Source of the DNA: Minisyncoccota bacterium
GTDB lineage: Bacteria > Patescibacteriota > Minisyncoccia > Phycocordibacterales > DATDWN01
Direction: 5' to 3'
Length of the DNA: 64,000 nucleotides
NCBI GenBank assembly: GCA_041674105.1
Contig: JBAYWK010000001.1
Coordinates: 82,190 to 146,189 of the forward strand
The notes below the pieces were generated by a model. It saw nothing but the letters and a program-made list of their open reading frames with translations, was not told the origin of the DNA and did not search any database. The translations under genes and the position numbers were made by a program. Shown here one piece after another: positions 1-9,079 of this stretch (within the stretch, counting starts at the first letter, position 1; the number at the start of each line of letters is the position of its first letter).

Positions 1-368
1 ACAATAGCTGAGTTTGATTCTGGAGACCTGATCTCTTTAACATCTAATTTTATTTCACCTTCAGCTGAAAGTTTATTTTTTCGTATAAAAGAATTTATAT
101 CTTCTCTCAATTTTACTACACCGTCACCACTTCTACCGATAATCATTCCAGGACGAGATGTTTCTATTATTATTCTTAGAAACTTTTCTCCTCTTTCCAT
201 TTCAATATTACTTACATAGTTTCCTCTAAGTTTCTTTTCTAGATACCGTCTAAGCAAGACATCACTCTTTAGAAAATCCTTGTATTTACTTTTAACACCA
301 AACCAGCGAGATTTCCAATCTCTTATTATTCCTAGTCTATGTGAATATGGGTGAACTGTATGAGTCAT
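1..368 (-). CDS. rpsC: 30S ribosomal protein S3, N-terminal part. The gene runs off the window start.
   Basis: The minus-strand translation starts MTHTVHPYSHRLGIIRDWKSRWFG...IIGRSGDGV, which is the S3 KH domain. It lies directly downstream of rplV in the canonical order. Confidence 0.85.
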   Translation of the reverse strand, partial: MTHTVHPYSHRLGIIRDWKSRWFGVKSKYKDFLKSDVLLRRYLEKKLRGNYVSNIEMERGEKFLRIIIETSRPGMIIGRSGDGVVKLREDINSFIRKNKLSAEGEIKLDVKEIRSPESNSAI

Positions 369-376
369 AATAATTA

Positions 377-856
377 TTATTTTTTACTTGTTTTAAGTGA
401 ATCCTCAGATTTTGGTGTCACTTTAGGTTTTTTAACTTCTGTTTTTCCTTTTTTGTTTGAAGTTTCCTTTTTTGGCTCTTCTGATTCTTCTTTTGAAACT
501 TTTGTCTTTTTATTCTTTGAAACAACGGGGTCACCCAATTCTATATAGACAAGACTTGTTCTCTTTCTTATAGGGTGAGCACTCCCTCTAGCAGCTGGTA
601 TTCTCCTGTATAGAGTTTTACCTTCATTTACTGTAATAGATTTAACAATAAGATCTTCTGTGGGTATTTCAAGATTTTTTGCATTAGCCACAGCAGATAA
701 AACCAAATTTTTTAAAGGATTTGTAGCTTTTTTAGTCACAAAATCCAATTGGACCAAAATATCAGAAACTCTTTTTCCTCTAATCAAATTAGCTACCAAT
801 CGCATTTTACGAGGTGACTGTCTAAAATTTGAAAGTGTAGCGGATACTTTTGTCAT
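377..856 (-). CDS. rplV: 50S ribosomal protein L22 with a Lys-rich C-terminal tail.
   Basis: The ORF translation has L22 hallmarks (MTKVSATLSNFRQSPRKMRLVANLIRGK...). It sits between rpsS and rpsC. Confidence 0.9.
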   Translation of the reverse strand: MTKVSATLSNFRQSPRKMRLVANLIRGKRVSDILVQLDFVTKKATNPLKNLVLSAVANAKNLEIPTEDLIVKSITVNEGKTLYRRIPAARGSAHPIRKRTSLVYIELGDPVVSKNKKTKVSKEESEEPKKETSNKKGKTEVKKPKVTPKSEDSLKTSKK

Positions 857-865
857 AATAATTTA

Positions 866-1204
866 TTATTTTTTAACAGTGTCTGACTTAGCTGCCTTTG
901 CCGCTGTTATTTCTGCTTCTTTTTTCTTCTGCTCTAACTCCTTTTGCATCTTACCTCCGTGTTTAGTAAATTTCTTTGTAGGAGAAAACTCACCTAGTCT
1001 GTGACCAATCATATCTTCACTTACCAAAACTTCAATGTGACTTTTTCCGTTGTGAACACCAAATTTGAATCCAACCATTTCAGGAGAAATGACACAGGCT
1101 CTTGACCAAGTCTTAATAACCCCAGTTTCTTCTGGTTTTTTTCCTACAATTTTCTTTATTACTCTTTCGTCCACATAAGGACCTTTCTTGGATGATCTTG
1201 TCAT
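866..1204 (-). CDS. rpsS: 30S ribosomal protein S19.
   Basis: [15 protein letters not shown]...GHRLGEF is conserved S19. The start was moved to the internal ATG at 1204; the ORF-finder extension MVFVLKIK is not conserved. Confidence 0.9.
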   Translation of the reverse strand: MTRSSKKGPYVDERVIKKIVGKKPEETGVIKTWSRACVISPEMVGFKFGVHNGKSHIEVLVSEDMIGHRLGEFSPTKKFTKHGGKMQKELEQKKKEAEITAAKAAKSDTVKK

Positions 1205-1286
1205 TTTAATTTTCAAAACAAAAACCACATTGTTCGTGGTATGAAGATACCCCAGACAAAAATGTATAAGAGACTAAAACTCTTAT

Positions 1287-1315
1287 GTGAGCCTTATACT
1301 ACACAAAACAGTATT
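1287..1315 (-). promoter_or_regulatory. sigma70-like promoter for rpsS-rplV-rpsC (TTGACA-17-TAGTAT).
   Basis: The minus-strand sequence reads ggTTTGACAttaaatactgttttgtgTAGTATaag, about 85 nt upstream of the rpsS ATG. Confidence 0.5.
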
Positions 1316-1379
1316 TAATGTCAAACCTTTTTTGGTCACTATTCTGACTATCTTATTCCAGCTAAAATAGACAAAAAAA

Positions 1380-1620
1380 GGCCCTACTGCATTGGTTACG
1401 CAATAGGTGCCTTATACCCATACTTTGACATCCGAGGGTTTTACGGACAACTCCGGAGCCTTGACCAGAGATTGACGCTTTTGGATCATTCACATCATAC
1501 TTTTCCCTCCTTTCTTGGAAAAATATTCGCCGGCCACCAGGCCGGTGTAGTCGCCGCCCAGTGCATTAGCGCTCGCGCAATGAAGCCAAGTATTCCCTGT
1601 ATTCTTCCATCGTCTTAAAA
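1380..1620. ncRNA. GC-rich island of about 55% GC inside the 600-bp gap of the S10 operon. It is a candidate structured RNA or leader of unknown class.
   Basis: GC content rises sharply against the 33% background and there are several local hairpins, for example ccctactgcattggttacgcaataggtgcc. No ORF of 60 aa or more is present and no match to RNase P, tmRNA or SRP motifs was recognisable by eye. Confidence 0.3.
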
Positions 1621-1824
1621 TAAAAAACTTGACCCGAAATAACTACCGTCATCTTCTTGTCCTTTCCTGGCAGTCTCCTTTGTTCCTTATTTAGGAGACC
1701 ATTCTACATATACCTTAGCATATTCTTACAAAATTGTCAAATAAATTGTATAAAAATAATTAAAATATACCTGAGTAGAGCCATATTCTAATAAAAACCA
1801 CCCCCTATAGAGTGATTTTTTGTT

Positions 1825-2325
1825 TTACAATCCCCTTTCTTTTCTCCTAGCCCTTAAAGTTCTGTGATCTTCTTCTATTTGATCTCGTATTTCCTCCCAA
1901 GAATCAACTTCATATTTTATTGTATTTTCTTGAGATACTTTCAAATCTTCATTTGTTAAATCATACTGTTCCCATTCATTAGTTTCAGGGTTTAAAGCTT
2001 TTATCCAAGCATGATCAACAGAGTCCAGAGTCTCACCATGTATAAGTTTAACTTTAAAACCCAAAAGACGAAGTGCTTCTGCTGAGATATTTACAATCGC
2101 ACCACAACTTTTCATTCCTTTCTTATATACTTCTTCTGCCGAAGTAAATCTTGATTCTATTATACTTTTTGGCTGGTAAGTAGATGAAAGTGATTTCATG
2201 CGACTGTTTACGCCTTCTTGTATAGCCAACATAATATCCGGCAAGCTTTTATACTTTTCACTTATTTCAGTAGCTAATTCACTTACTGATTCCGGAATAT
2301 ATTTCTCTTCTTTAAACTTTTCCAT
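1825..2325 (-). CDS. Transglutaminase-like (papain-fold) cysteine peptidase domain protein.
   Basis: Cys-His-Asp elements are present: GMKSCGAIVNISAEALRLLGFKV ... DHAWIKA ... QYD. This is typical of the transglutaminase-like superfamily. Confidence 0.5.
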   Translation of the reverse strand: MEKFKEEKYIPESVSELATEISEKYKSLPDIMLAIQEGVNSRMKSLSSTYQPKSIIESRFTSAEEVYKKGMKSCGAIVNISAEALRLLGFKVKLIHGETLDSVDHAWIKALNPETNEWEQYDLTNEDLKVSQENTIKYEVDSWEEIRDQIEEDHRTLRARRKERGL

Positions 2326-2329
2326 ATTT

Positions 2330-2737
2330 TTATCCTTGTTTTATTAATTCAACCAATTTCTCTCTTGCTTCTTCAACAGTTTTCACTACATTTCCAGCTT
2401 TTTTAATAAACTCAATAGACCACTTTGGATTTCTTTCCTCTTTCCAAATTATTATAAGTTTATTACAAGTATCACCTGGATTATTGGTGTTATTTGCCAA
2501 AAAATACCCAATTTCTACCCATGTGGCTTCTGAAGGTGCAACACCAGGATTTGCCACCAAATACTCGCAATCTTTAACAGCTTTCAAATCATCAGGGAAA
2601 AAAGTATCCGGTGAGGCCTGATCAGAATCAAATTCCCAATCATAAATATCACATCCTGGAATATTTTTAAAATTTTCTTTCCAGTTATTTTCATATTCAT
2701 TAGGCTGACCAGCTAGATAAATTTTTATTTTTTCCAT
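2330..2737 (-). CDS. Nucleoside 2-deoxyribosyltransferase-like protein, probably nucleoside salvage.
   Basis: N-terminal KIYLAG and the motif SEATWVEIGYFLA match the IYLAGP / DsGTafELGyA signatures of the NDT family. Confidence 0.55.
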   Translation of the reverse strand: MEKIKIYLAGQPNEYENNWKENFKNIPGCDIYDWEFDSDQASPDTFFPDDLKAVKDCEYLVANPGVAPSEATWVEIGYFLANNTNNPGDTCNKLIIIWKEERNPKWSIEFIKKAGNVVKTVEEAREKLVELIKQG

Positions 2738-2748
2738 ATTATTCTAAT

Positions 2749-3345
2749 TTATTCCTTAGATTTAAGATATACAGTTAAATATTTTTCTTCTAAATTATTT
2801 TTTAATCTTGTTCCTAATGTATCTTTACCTGTTCTAAAGTGTTTACCGTCCTCAACATGAGCTCCACCAACAATAACAAAATATTTGCCCGGATTTTCCT
2901 GATAGTAATTATTAATATTATCAGACATATCCTCGTCCCGTGACTCACCTCTTAAAAAATAATAGCCGTGTTCAGATTTGGTTTTATACTCATCTATAGC
3001 AACCTTAGAAGAATCGATGCAAATAACCGGTTTGCCCAATTCTTTTAGCTTATCTAACATTTTCAAAATACCCCTTATATCTTTACTTTCTTTCTGTGCT
3101 CCCAAAAAATACCTTTCTAGACTTTGATCAATCTCTCCTTTTTCCATATACAAATCTACAGAAGATTGATAGCTTACAGACAATTCTAAAAATAAACCTC
3201 TTATTTGATCTGAATGTTTATCTAAAACACAAATGATTTCTTCATCATGAGTGCCGTGAAAGTTTTCAGCCAAAACAACAATATCTGCTTTTTCAAAATA
3301 ATTTTCTAAAACCTGCTCTTGTTCTATTTTTGGAATTTGTTCCAT
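2749..3345 (-). CDS. EreA/ChaN/Tiki-superfamily-like protein.
   Basis: Two GxxH-type motifs (VVLAENFHGTHDEE and VIVGGAHVEDG) are spaced as in the Tiki/TraB/ChaN fold. The assignment is tentative. Confidence 0.4.
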   Translation of the reverse strand: MEQIPKIEQEQVLENYFEKADIVVLAENFHGTHDEEIICVLDKHSDQIRGLFLELSVSYQSSVDLYMEKGEIDQSLERYFLGAQKESKDIRGILKMLDKLKELGKPVICIDSSKVAIDEYKTKSEHGYYFLRGESRDEDMSDNINNYYQENPGKYFVIVGGAHVEDGKHFRTGKDTLGTRLKNNLEEKYLTVYLKSKE

Positions 3346-3348
3346 AAA

Positions 3349-4014
3349 TTACGGTTTAGATATTTCTATAATAATTTTATTAATATCTGGGAAATACTTT
3401 TCAAATATCTCTGATACTTTTTCTGAATTTTCCGGATCTCTCTGAATCCTCTTACTTTCAGGGAAAAATTTATCGATAATTAAATCCACCAACCTTTCCT
3501 TTACCCAATGTGTTATTTTATACTCTTTTATTAGAGGCTCAATGGTTAAATGTACAATCTCATGGGCTAGAGTAATAGTAAGTACTCTTTTTTGTTCAAT
3601 ATTAAGTTGAACATTATTTGGTAACCCATAACTACCCCCTGTTCCATATTTTGTAACACATACAAAATATTTATCTTGTAGTGGAAGATTTAGTGTTTTT
3701 AAACTTTCAAAAAATTTATCTTTTATTTCATCCCACTCTTTTATTATCAAATCCACTTCTTCTCTATATTTTTCTTGATCAAATTCAGCAGAAACTGCTT
3801 CTAAAATATCTTCCTTTTTTACCTTCTCATCTTTTTCTAATCTTTCTTGTATCAATTTAGGATACTTGGGCTTATAACCATTTTCCTTATACCAATGGTA
3901 TTTTTTAAGTGTACTAAAAACCCTTTCTTTTTCATCTTCTACAGAATAATCAAAAACAACCTCTATTTTTGGTTCAGCTTCTTTGTTATCTTGATTTTCT
4001 ATTAGCTTTTCCAT
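3349..4014 (-). CDS. Hypothetical protein with an HExxH zinc-metallopeptidase-like motif.
   Basis: The ORF is 221 aa and contains TITLAHEIVHLT. No wider family was recognised. Confidence 0.35.
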   Translation of the reverse strand: MEKLIENQDNKEAEPKIEVVFDYSVEDEKERVFSTLKKYHWYKENGYKPKYPKLIQERLEKDEKVKKEDILEAVSAEFDQEKYREEVDLIIKEWDEIKDKFFESLKTLNLPLQDKYFVCVTKYGTGGSYGLPNNVQLNIEQKRVLTITLAHEIVHLTIEPLIKEYKITHWVKERLVDLIIDKFFPESKRIQRDPENSEKVSEIFEKYFPDINKIIIEISKP

Positions 4015-4060
4015 ACATCTAGATTATACCAAAAACAAAACCCCTTGTGGGGGCTTTGTT

Positions 4061-4903
4061 TTATTTTCTCTTACCAACTTTTCTTCTAGAAACGATAAGT
4101 CTGTTTGAATATTTTTTAGGAGTTCTTGTCTTCTGTCCTTTTCCTGTAGGTCGTCCCCATTTAGAAACAGCTCTCCTTCTTCCTCTTCCTTGTCTACCCT
4201 CTCCTCCTCCGTGTGGGTGGTCTACTGGGTTTTGAGCAGTACCTCTAACTGTAGGTCTAATACCTAACCATCTTGATCTTCCGGCCTTTCCAAGATTTAC
4301 AAGCCTGTTTTCATCATTAGAAACTTCTCCGACTGAAGCCCATGCAGTTTCTTTAACCTTTCTGATTTCTGAAGATGGAAGTTTCAGATCAACAAGCCCG
4401 GCATCTTTTGCTACAACCTCTACGAAATTACCAGCTGACCTAGCAAGTTTTGCTCCACCTTTTGGTTTGATCTCTACATTGTAAACAAACGTACCTACTG
4501 TGATATTTTTCAAAGGAAGTCTATTTCCAGCTTTTACTTCAGCTGTTTCTGAGTTTACAAGTTTGTCTCCAACTGAAACACCTTTTGGTAAAAGAACATA
4601 TCTCTTTTCACCATCTCTGTACTGGGCAAGTCCGATGAAACCAGATCTGTTCGGGTCATACTCTACTGATTTTATAGTATAAGGAATATCAATTTTATTA
4701 TATTTAAAATCTACTTCTCTATAAAGTCTTTTGTGTCCACCTCCTTTATGTCTAGTAGTAAGTTTACCAGCATTATTTCTACCAACAGATCTTTTATAAC
4801 CCTTTGTTAGAGATTTTTCTGGTTTGGATTTTGTAAGTAAGCTACTATATCCTATAGTAGTCATATTTCTTCTTGATGGACTTGTTGGTTTATATCTTTT
4901 CAT
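4061..4903 (-). CDS. rplB: 50S ribosomal protein L2.
   Basis: The protein is strongly conserved with L2 (…RNNAGKLTTRHKGGGHKR…, GGGEGR…). Confidence 0.95.
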   Translation of the reverse strand: MKRYKPTSPSRRNMTTIGYSSLLTKSKPEKSLTKGYKRSVGRNNAGKLTTRHKGGGHKRLYREVDFKYNKIDIPYTIKSVEYDPNRSGFIGLAQYRDGEKRYVLLPKGVSVGDKLVNSETAEVKAGNRLPLKNITVGTFVYNVEIKPKGGAKLARSAGNFVEVVAKDAGLVDLKLPSSEIRKVKETAWASVGEVSNDENRLVNLGKAGRSRWLGIRPTVRGTAQNPVDHPHGGGEGRQGRGRRRAVSKWGRPTGKGQKTRTPKKYSNRLIVSRRKVGKRK

Positions 4904-4917
4904 AATATTTCTTTACC

Positions 4918-5202
4918 CTATTTCATTATGTCTATCTTTTCACCCTTTTTTATATAAATATAGGCCTTCTTGTAACCAGAGGAAACTCCTCTTTTACCTC
5001 TAACAATAACCTTTTTTGAAGGTATTGTGACTGTACTAACTTTTAAAGGCTTAACTTTGTACTGGTTTTGAAAAGCTTTTTCTATAAGAGTTTTAGTTGA
5101 GTTTGGAGCTACTTTGAAAACATAGACAGAATTCTCAGAAGAAACTGTGGCTTTCTCTGTAATATGGGGCATTATTAAAATTTTCGATAAGTCTGAATTC
5201 AT
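4918..5202 (-). CDS. rplW: 50S ribosomal protein L23.
   Basis: …IMPHITEKAT… is L23-like and the gene sits between rplD and rplB. Confidence 0.85.
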   Translation of the reverse strand: MNSDLSKILIMPHITEKATVSSENSVYVFKVAPNSTKTLIEKAFQNQYKVKPLKVSTVTIPSKKVIVRGKRGVSSGYKKAYIYIKKGEKIDIMK

Positions 5203-5207
5203 AATAT

Positions 5208-5933
5208 TTATTTAGACAATTTAGTTGATATAGAAGAAAGGCCTTTTTCTGGATTTTCAATAATAATATACTTGTAGTTCAAAATATCTACAGGATTTAT
5301 ATTTCTTATTTCATCAACTTCTACATTACCAAAATTGTTAAAACTTTTTTCAGTTGCCTGATTTTTAGATGAAAGAGAAATGTAAGCTGAGTTCTTTTTC
5401 TTTTTCAAAAGATCATTAAAACCTTTGATTCCAGAAAGAGAAGATAACACTTTACCAGCCTCTTTTGTTTTTGGTTCTGAAAAATTTAGTCCGTCAACAA
5501 AAAGAATCTGTCCTTTTTTATATTTTGCTGAAAGTATAGTATACAAAGCTTTGGCTTTCATTTTCTTGTTAACTTTCTTTGTATAATTTTTGTCGTTTCT
5601 TGGACCATGAGTAACACCTCCACCAACCCATATAGGTGACCTGTTAGAACCGTGTCTAGCTCTACCTGTACCTTTTTGTTTCCAAGGTTTTTTACCTCCC
5701 CCAGCAACTTCTCCTCTAGTTTTTGTATGAGCTATTAGATTTCTAGCTGAAGAAAGCATAGACACTGTTACTTGGTGAACCAAATCAGCATTCCAAGATA
5801 GACCAAAAACGGACCCAGGTAGAGTAATTTTTTTTACTTCTTTTCCAGATTGATTATACAAAGAAGCTTCCATAGAAACAGTTTTTGCTGTTTTTGATTT
5901 AGTTGTATCTTTTTTTATTTCTGTCTTTTCCAT
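5208..5933 (-). CDS. rplD: 50S ribosomal protein L4. An N-terminal extension is possible and the true start may be the internal Met.
   Basis: …KPWKQKGTGRARHGS…GGGVTHGPR… is the L4 core. Confidence 0.85.
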   Translation of the reverse strand: MEKTEIKKDTTKSKTAKTVSMEASLYNQSGKEVKKITLPGSVFGLSWNADLVHQVTVSMLSSARNLIAHTKTRGEVAGGGKKPWKQKGTGRARHGSNRSPIWVGGGVTHGPRNDKNYTKKVNKKMKAKALYTILSAKYKKGQILFVDGLNFSEPKTKEAGKVLSSLSGIKGFNDLLKKKKNSAYISLSSKNQATEKSFNNFGNVEVDEIRNINPVDILNYKYIIIENPEKGLSSISTKLSK

Positions 5934-5943
5934 ATTTTTATAC

Positions 5944-6555
5944 CTAAGCTTTTATTTCTACAACAGTTCCTCTTCTTCCTGCAATAGCCCCTCTTATAAA
6001 GACTTCTTTAGTTTCTGGGTTTATAGATACAATAGTTAAACTTTTTGTTGTTATCCTATCACTACCCATTCTTCCCGCCATTCTTTTTCCTTTTGCTACA
6101 CGACCTCCATCACGACCAGCTCCACCAATAGATCCTGCCTCTCTCTCTGAGTGTTTTTGGCCATGAGAACGAGGTCCTCCATGAAAACCATGCCTTTTAA
6201 CCACACCTTGAAATCCTTTTCCTTTAGAAATAGATGAAATTGTTACCATATCACCTGCTTTTAAAGAAGAAGCATCTATAGTATCACCAATGTTATAAAC
6301 TTTTCCTTCCTCTACTGGAATCTCAAAAAGGTACATATAGCTTCCACCTTTCATCTGACCTTTTAGAGGTTTATTTATGTTTTTTTCTTTTCTTTCTCCA
6401 AAACCAACTTGAATAGCAGAATAACCGTCTTTTTCTACAGTTTTTATCTGAGTAACAACCATATCTCCAGTTTTTACGACTGTAGCTGGGTGAACCACTC
6501 CTGACTCATCAAAAACCTGAGTCATATTCTGTTTTATTCCTAAAATAAATTTCAT
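5944..6555 (-). CDS. rplC: 50S ribosomal protein L3.
   Basis: …GKGFQGVVKRHGFHGGPRSHG… is the L3 signature. Confidence 0.9.
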   Translation of the reverse strand: MKFILGIKQNMTQVFDESGVVHPATVVKTGDMVVTQIKTVEKDGYSAIQVGFGERKEKNINKPLKGQMKGGSYMYLFEIPVEEGKVYNIGDTIDASSLKAGDMVTISSISKGKGFQGVVKRHGFHGGPRSHGQKHSEREAGSIGGAGRDGGRVAKGKRMAGRMGSDRITTKSLTIVSINPETKEVFIRGAIAGRRGTVVEIKA

Positions 6556-6865
6556 AAAAATCTAAGTGACGATTTGCGGACAGTAATGAGAAAGGTATCC
6601 TCAACATTGCCCTTCGCTAGTCACCAAAAAAACTTTTTTGACGATTTGGCTATACTATCAGATATCCTTTTTTAAATCAAGTGGCTATATATACTTACTA
6701 TATAGTTATATAATTAAAAACAACTTTCCGAAGAAAGTTGGTTTATGTGGTGTCAGATGCAAGCATCTGATGAAAGAACAGTTGTAGAAATGTTAGTTTT
6801 AAGTTGTGGAGAGAAGTGACCTAGGTCTCTTCTCAAGAACTCATTACCTTTATTACTACATTTAG

Positions 6866-6896
6866 AGTATAATCCTCTCGGCTTTTATTGTCAAAC
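6866..6896 (-). promoter_or_regulatory. sigma70-like promoter (TTGACA-17-TATACT) that launches a 300-nt structured leader into rplC.
   Basis: The minus strand reads gtgtTTGACAataaaagccgagaggatTATACTctaaatg. The leader from 6556 to 6860 contains several hairpins, for example caactttccgaagaaagttg. Confidence 0.45.
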
Positions 6897-6925
6897 ACTA
6901 ACCTGTGGATAACTTAATATAGCAA

Positions 6926-6953
6926 AAAACTGCCACTGGCAGTTTTTTGAAAG
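6926..6953 (-). terminator. Intrinsic terminator after the 92-aa ORF; it is bidirectional.
   Basis: aaaaaactgccactggcagttttttg is a perfect stem flanked by A and T runs. Confidence 0.6.
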
Positions 6954-6958
6954 AACAA

Positions 6959-7237
6959 TCAATCTGTTTTTACTACATAATAAGTATACTTATCTTTCCA
7001 AATTCTAGCAGATTCTTCGACTACTGGTTTAGCCTCAGGATTTAAAGATGTGACACAATTAACCCACTCCTCCGATGTAGTAATGCCTACCACAATAGCC
7101 CTTTGATCTGGAAATACTCTCTCAAAATGATCCGTGATTCCTTTTATTACCTCCCCTACTTGATGTCTAGGATTCCAAGTTATCTGGTCTCCTGTTTCGT
7201 CTTTAGTATTCCAAGATGCAATAACCAACTGTGACAT
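6959..7237 (-). CDS. Hypothetical 92-aa protein inserted between rpsJ and rplC.
   Basis: The ORF is bracketed by two strong hairpin terminators. No family was recognised. Confidence 0.45.
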   Translation of the reverse strand: MSQLVIASWNTKDETGDQITWNPRHQVGEVIKGITDHFERVFPDQRAIVVGITTSEEWVNCVTSLNPEAKPVVEESARIWKDKYTYYVVKTD

Positions 7238-7264
7238 AAAACCTCCTCAAGAGATACTACCACC

Positions 7265-7304
7265 TACAAATACAAAAACCACCCGAAGGTGGTTTTTGTA
7301 TTTG
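7265..7304 (-). terminator. Intrinsic terminator downstream of rpsJ and repeat A1.
   Basis: acaaatacaaaaaccacccgaaggtggtttttgtatttgt has a GC stem ccacc/ggtgg followed by a T-run on the minus strand. Confidence 0.65.
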
Positions 7305-7305
7305 T

Positions 7306-7380
7306 AAGGATTTTTGTTTGAGTTCAAGGCGCCAAGTTTTGTTTTTGACCAAGGTGTATAAAAATACTCCGCGGGAGAAA
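7306..7380. repeat. Repeat family A, copy 1, lying 3' of rpsJ.
   Basis: It shares ttcaaggcNcNaagttttgttt and a 30-nt identical core gaccaaggtgtataaaaatactccgcggga with copy 2 at 15774..15868. Confidence 0.7.
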
Positions 7381-7425
7381 ACAAAACAAGCAACGCAGAA
7401 ATCGAACAAAAAGACTACAAATAAA

Positions 7426-7824
7426 CTACATTATTTTCACGTCGATATTAACTCCTGACGGTAAATTCAAATTTGTTAGAGATTCCATAATTTTTGGAGT
7501 AGGATTTAGGATATCAATGAGCCTCTTATGAACCCTCATCTCAAATTGCTCTCTAGCATTCTTGAAGACAAAAGAAGATCTGTTTACAGTATATTTCTTT
7601 ATTTCAGTAGGTAATGGGATAGGTCCTAAAACTTTGGCATCGTATCTAAGAGCTGTATCCATTATCTGCTTTACAGAAAGATCCAATATCTTGTATTCAT
7701 AAGCTCTAACTCTAATACGAAGTTTAGATATTACATCTGTTTTAGCAGAAGCTTTAGGTGTAGCTACTTTAGTGCTTGGCTTTTTTGCAGTCTTTTCTTT
7801 TGTTTCCTTTTTTGTTGTTACCAT
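7426..7824 (-). CDS. rpsJ: 30S ribosomal protein S10 with a Lys/Thr-rich N-terminal extension.
   Basis: …[13 protein letters not shown]…GPIPLPT…[15 protein letters not shown] is conserved S10. Confidence 0.85.
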   Translation of the reverse strand: MVTTKKETKEKTAKKPSTKVATPKASAKTDVISKLRIRVRAYEYKILDLSVKQIMDTALRYDAKVLGPIPLPTEIKKYTVNRSSFVFKNAREQFEMRVHKRLIDILNPTPKIMESLTNLNLPSGVNIDVKIM

Positions 7825-7882
7825 TTTATTTTATTAAAACTTCCATAATTTGGATGAAATCAGAAGTGGCAATTTGGAAGCT

Positions 7883-9079
7883 TTAGGCTACGATTTTTGT
7901 TACAACTCCCGCACCCACAGTCTTACCTCCCTCTCTGATGGCGAATTTTGTTTTCTCTTCCAAAGCGACAGGAGCTACTAGCTTCACATTGAATGTAACT
8001 GTGTCTCCTGGCATAACCATTTCAACACCTTCATTCAATGTCACATCTCCTGTAACATCAGTTGTTCTGATGTAGAATTGTGGCTTGTAACCAGAGAAGA
8101 ATGGTGTATGTCTTCCTCCTTCTTCTTTCTTCAAAATATAAACCTCGGCTGTAAATTCTGTATGAGGAGTCACAGATTTTGGTTTAGCTAAAACTTGACC
8201 TCTATGAATGTCTTCTTTTTTAGCACCTCTTAGAAGTATTCCGGCGTTGTCTCCGGCTAGACCCTCTTGAAGAGATTTATTGAACATTTCAATACCTGTA
8301 ACTGTATATTTAGCTGTATCTTTAAGTCCGACACATTCTATTTCTTCACCAACCTTAACAGTACCTCTTTCAATTCTTCCTGTTACTACAGTTCCTCTTC
8401 CTTCAATAGAGAAGATGTCTTCAACTGGCATAAGGAAAGGTTTCTCTACATCTCTCTCAGGAATTGGGAAGTAAGTATCCAAAGCATTAGCAAGTTCTAA
8501 AACTTTTTGTGCCCAAGGATCAGTGTTGTCTGCAGATTCCAAAGCTTTTAGACCAGAACCTCTTATAACAGGAGCCTCTTTTCCATCAAAACCTTGTGCT
8601 GTAAGAAGATCTCTGACCTCCTCCTCAACCAAATCAATAAGGTCATTATCGTCAACCATATCACATTTGTTTAGAAATACTATTATTTTTGGCACACCAA
8701 CTTGTTTTGCCAAAAGAACATGCTCTCGAGTCTGAGGCATCACACCATCTGTAGCTGCAACCACAAGCACAGCACCATCCATCTGAGCGGCACCAGTAAT
8801 CATGTTTTTAATATAATCAGCGTGACCTGGAGCATCCACGTGAGCATAGTGACGTGTTGGTGTCGTATACTCGTTGTGAGACAAAGCAATAGTAATACCC
8901 CTTGCTTTTTCTTCTGGAGCTGAGTCAATAGCATCAACTCCTTTTAGTTTCGCTGAATAACCTTCTCCAGCACGAGCTAATACATTTAACATAGCTGCTG
9001 TTAAAGTAGTCTTTCCGTGGTCTACGTGACCAATTGTTCCCACATTTATGTGTGGTTTTGAACGATCAAAATCTGCCAT
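7883..9079 (-). CDS. tuf: Elongation factor Tu.
   Basis: The gene starts at [25 protein letters not shown]. The ORF-finder N-terminal 42 aa are an upstream read-through and were trimmed to the ATG at 9079. Confidence 0.95.
   Translation of the reverse strand: MADFDRSKPHINVGTIGHVDHGKTTLTAAMLNVLARAGEGYSAKLKGVDAIDSAPEEKARGITIALSHNEYTTPTRHYAHVDAPGHADYIKNMITGAAQMDGAVLVVAATDGVMPQTREHVLLAKQVGVPKIIVFLNKCDMVDDNDLIDLVEEEVRDLLTAQGFDGKEAPVIRGSGLKALESADNTDPWAQKVLELANALDTYFPIPERDVEKPFLMPVEDIFSIEGRGTVVTGRIERGTVKVGEEIECVGLKDTAKYTVTGIEMFNKSLQEGLAGDNAGILLRGAKKEDIHRGQVLAKPKSVTPHTEFTAEVYILKKEEGGRHTPFFSGYKPQFYIRTTDVTGDVTLNEGVEMVMPGDTVTFNVKLVAPVALEEKTKFAIREGGKTVGAGVVTKIVA

Noticed and set aside
351-1004. Plus-strand ORFs (351-548, 660-1004) antisense to rplV and rpsS.
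   Set aside because: They run antisense to strongly conserved ribosomal protein genes, have low-complexity F/S/L-rich translations typical of the reverse frame, and have no Shine-Dalgarno.
1380-1620. Assignment of the GC island to RNase P RNA, tmRNA, SRP RNA or 6S RNA.
   Set aside because: Searched by eye for GGAAAGUCCGG, ACAGAA, GGUUCGAUUCC and AGGUCCGGAAGGAAGCAGC signature motifs on both strands and found none. It is left as an unclassified structured-RNA candidate.
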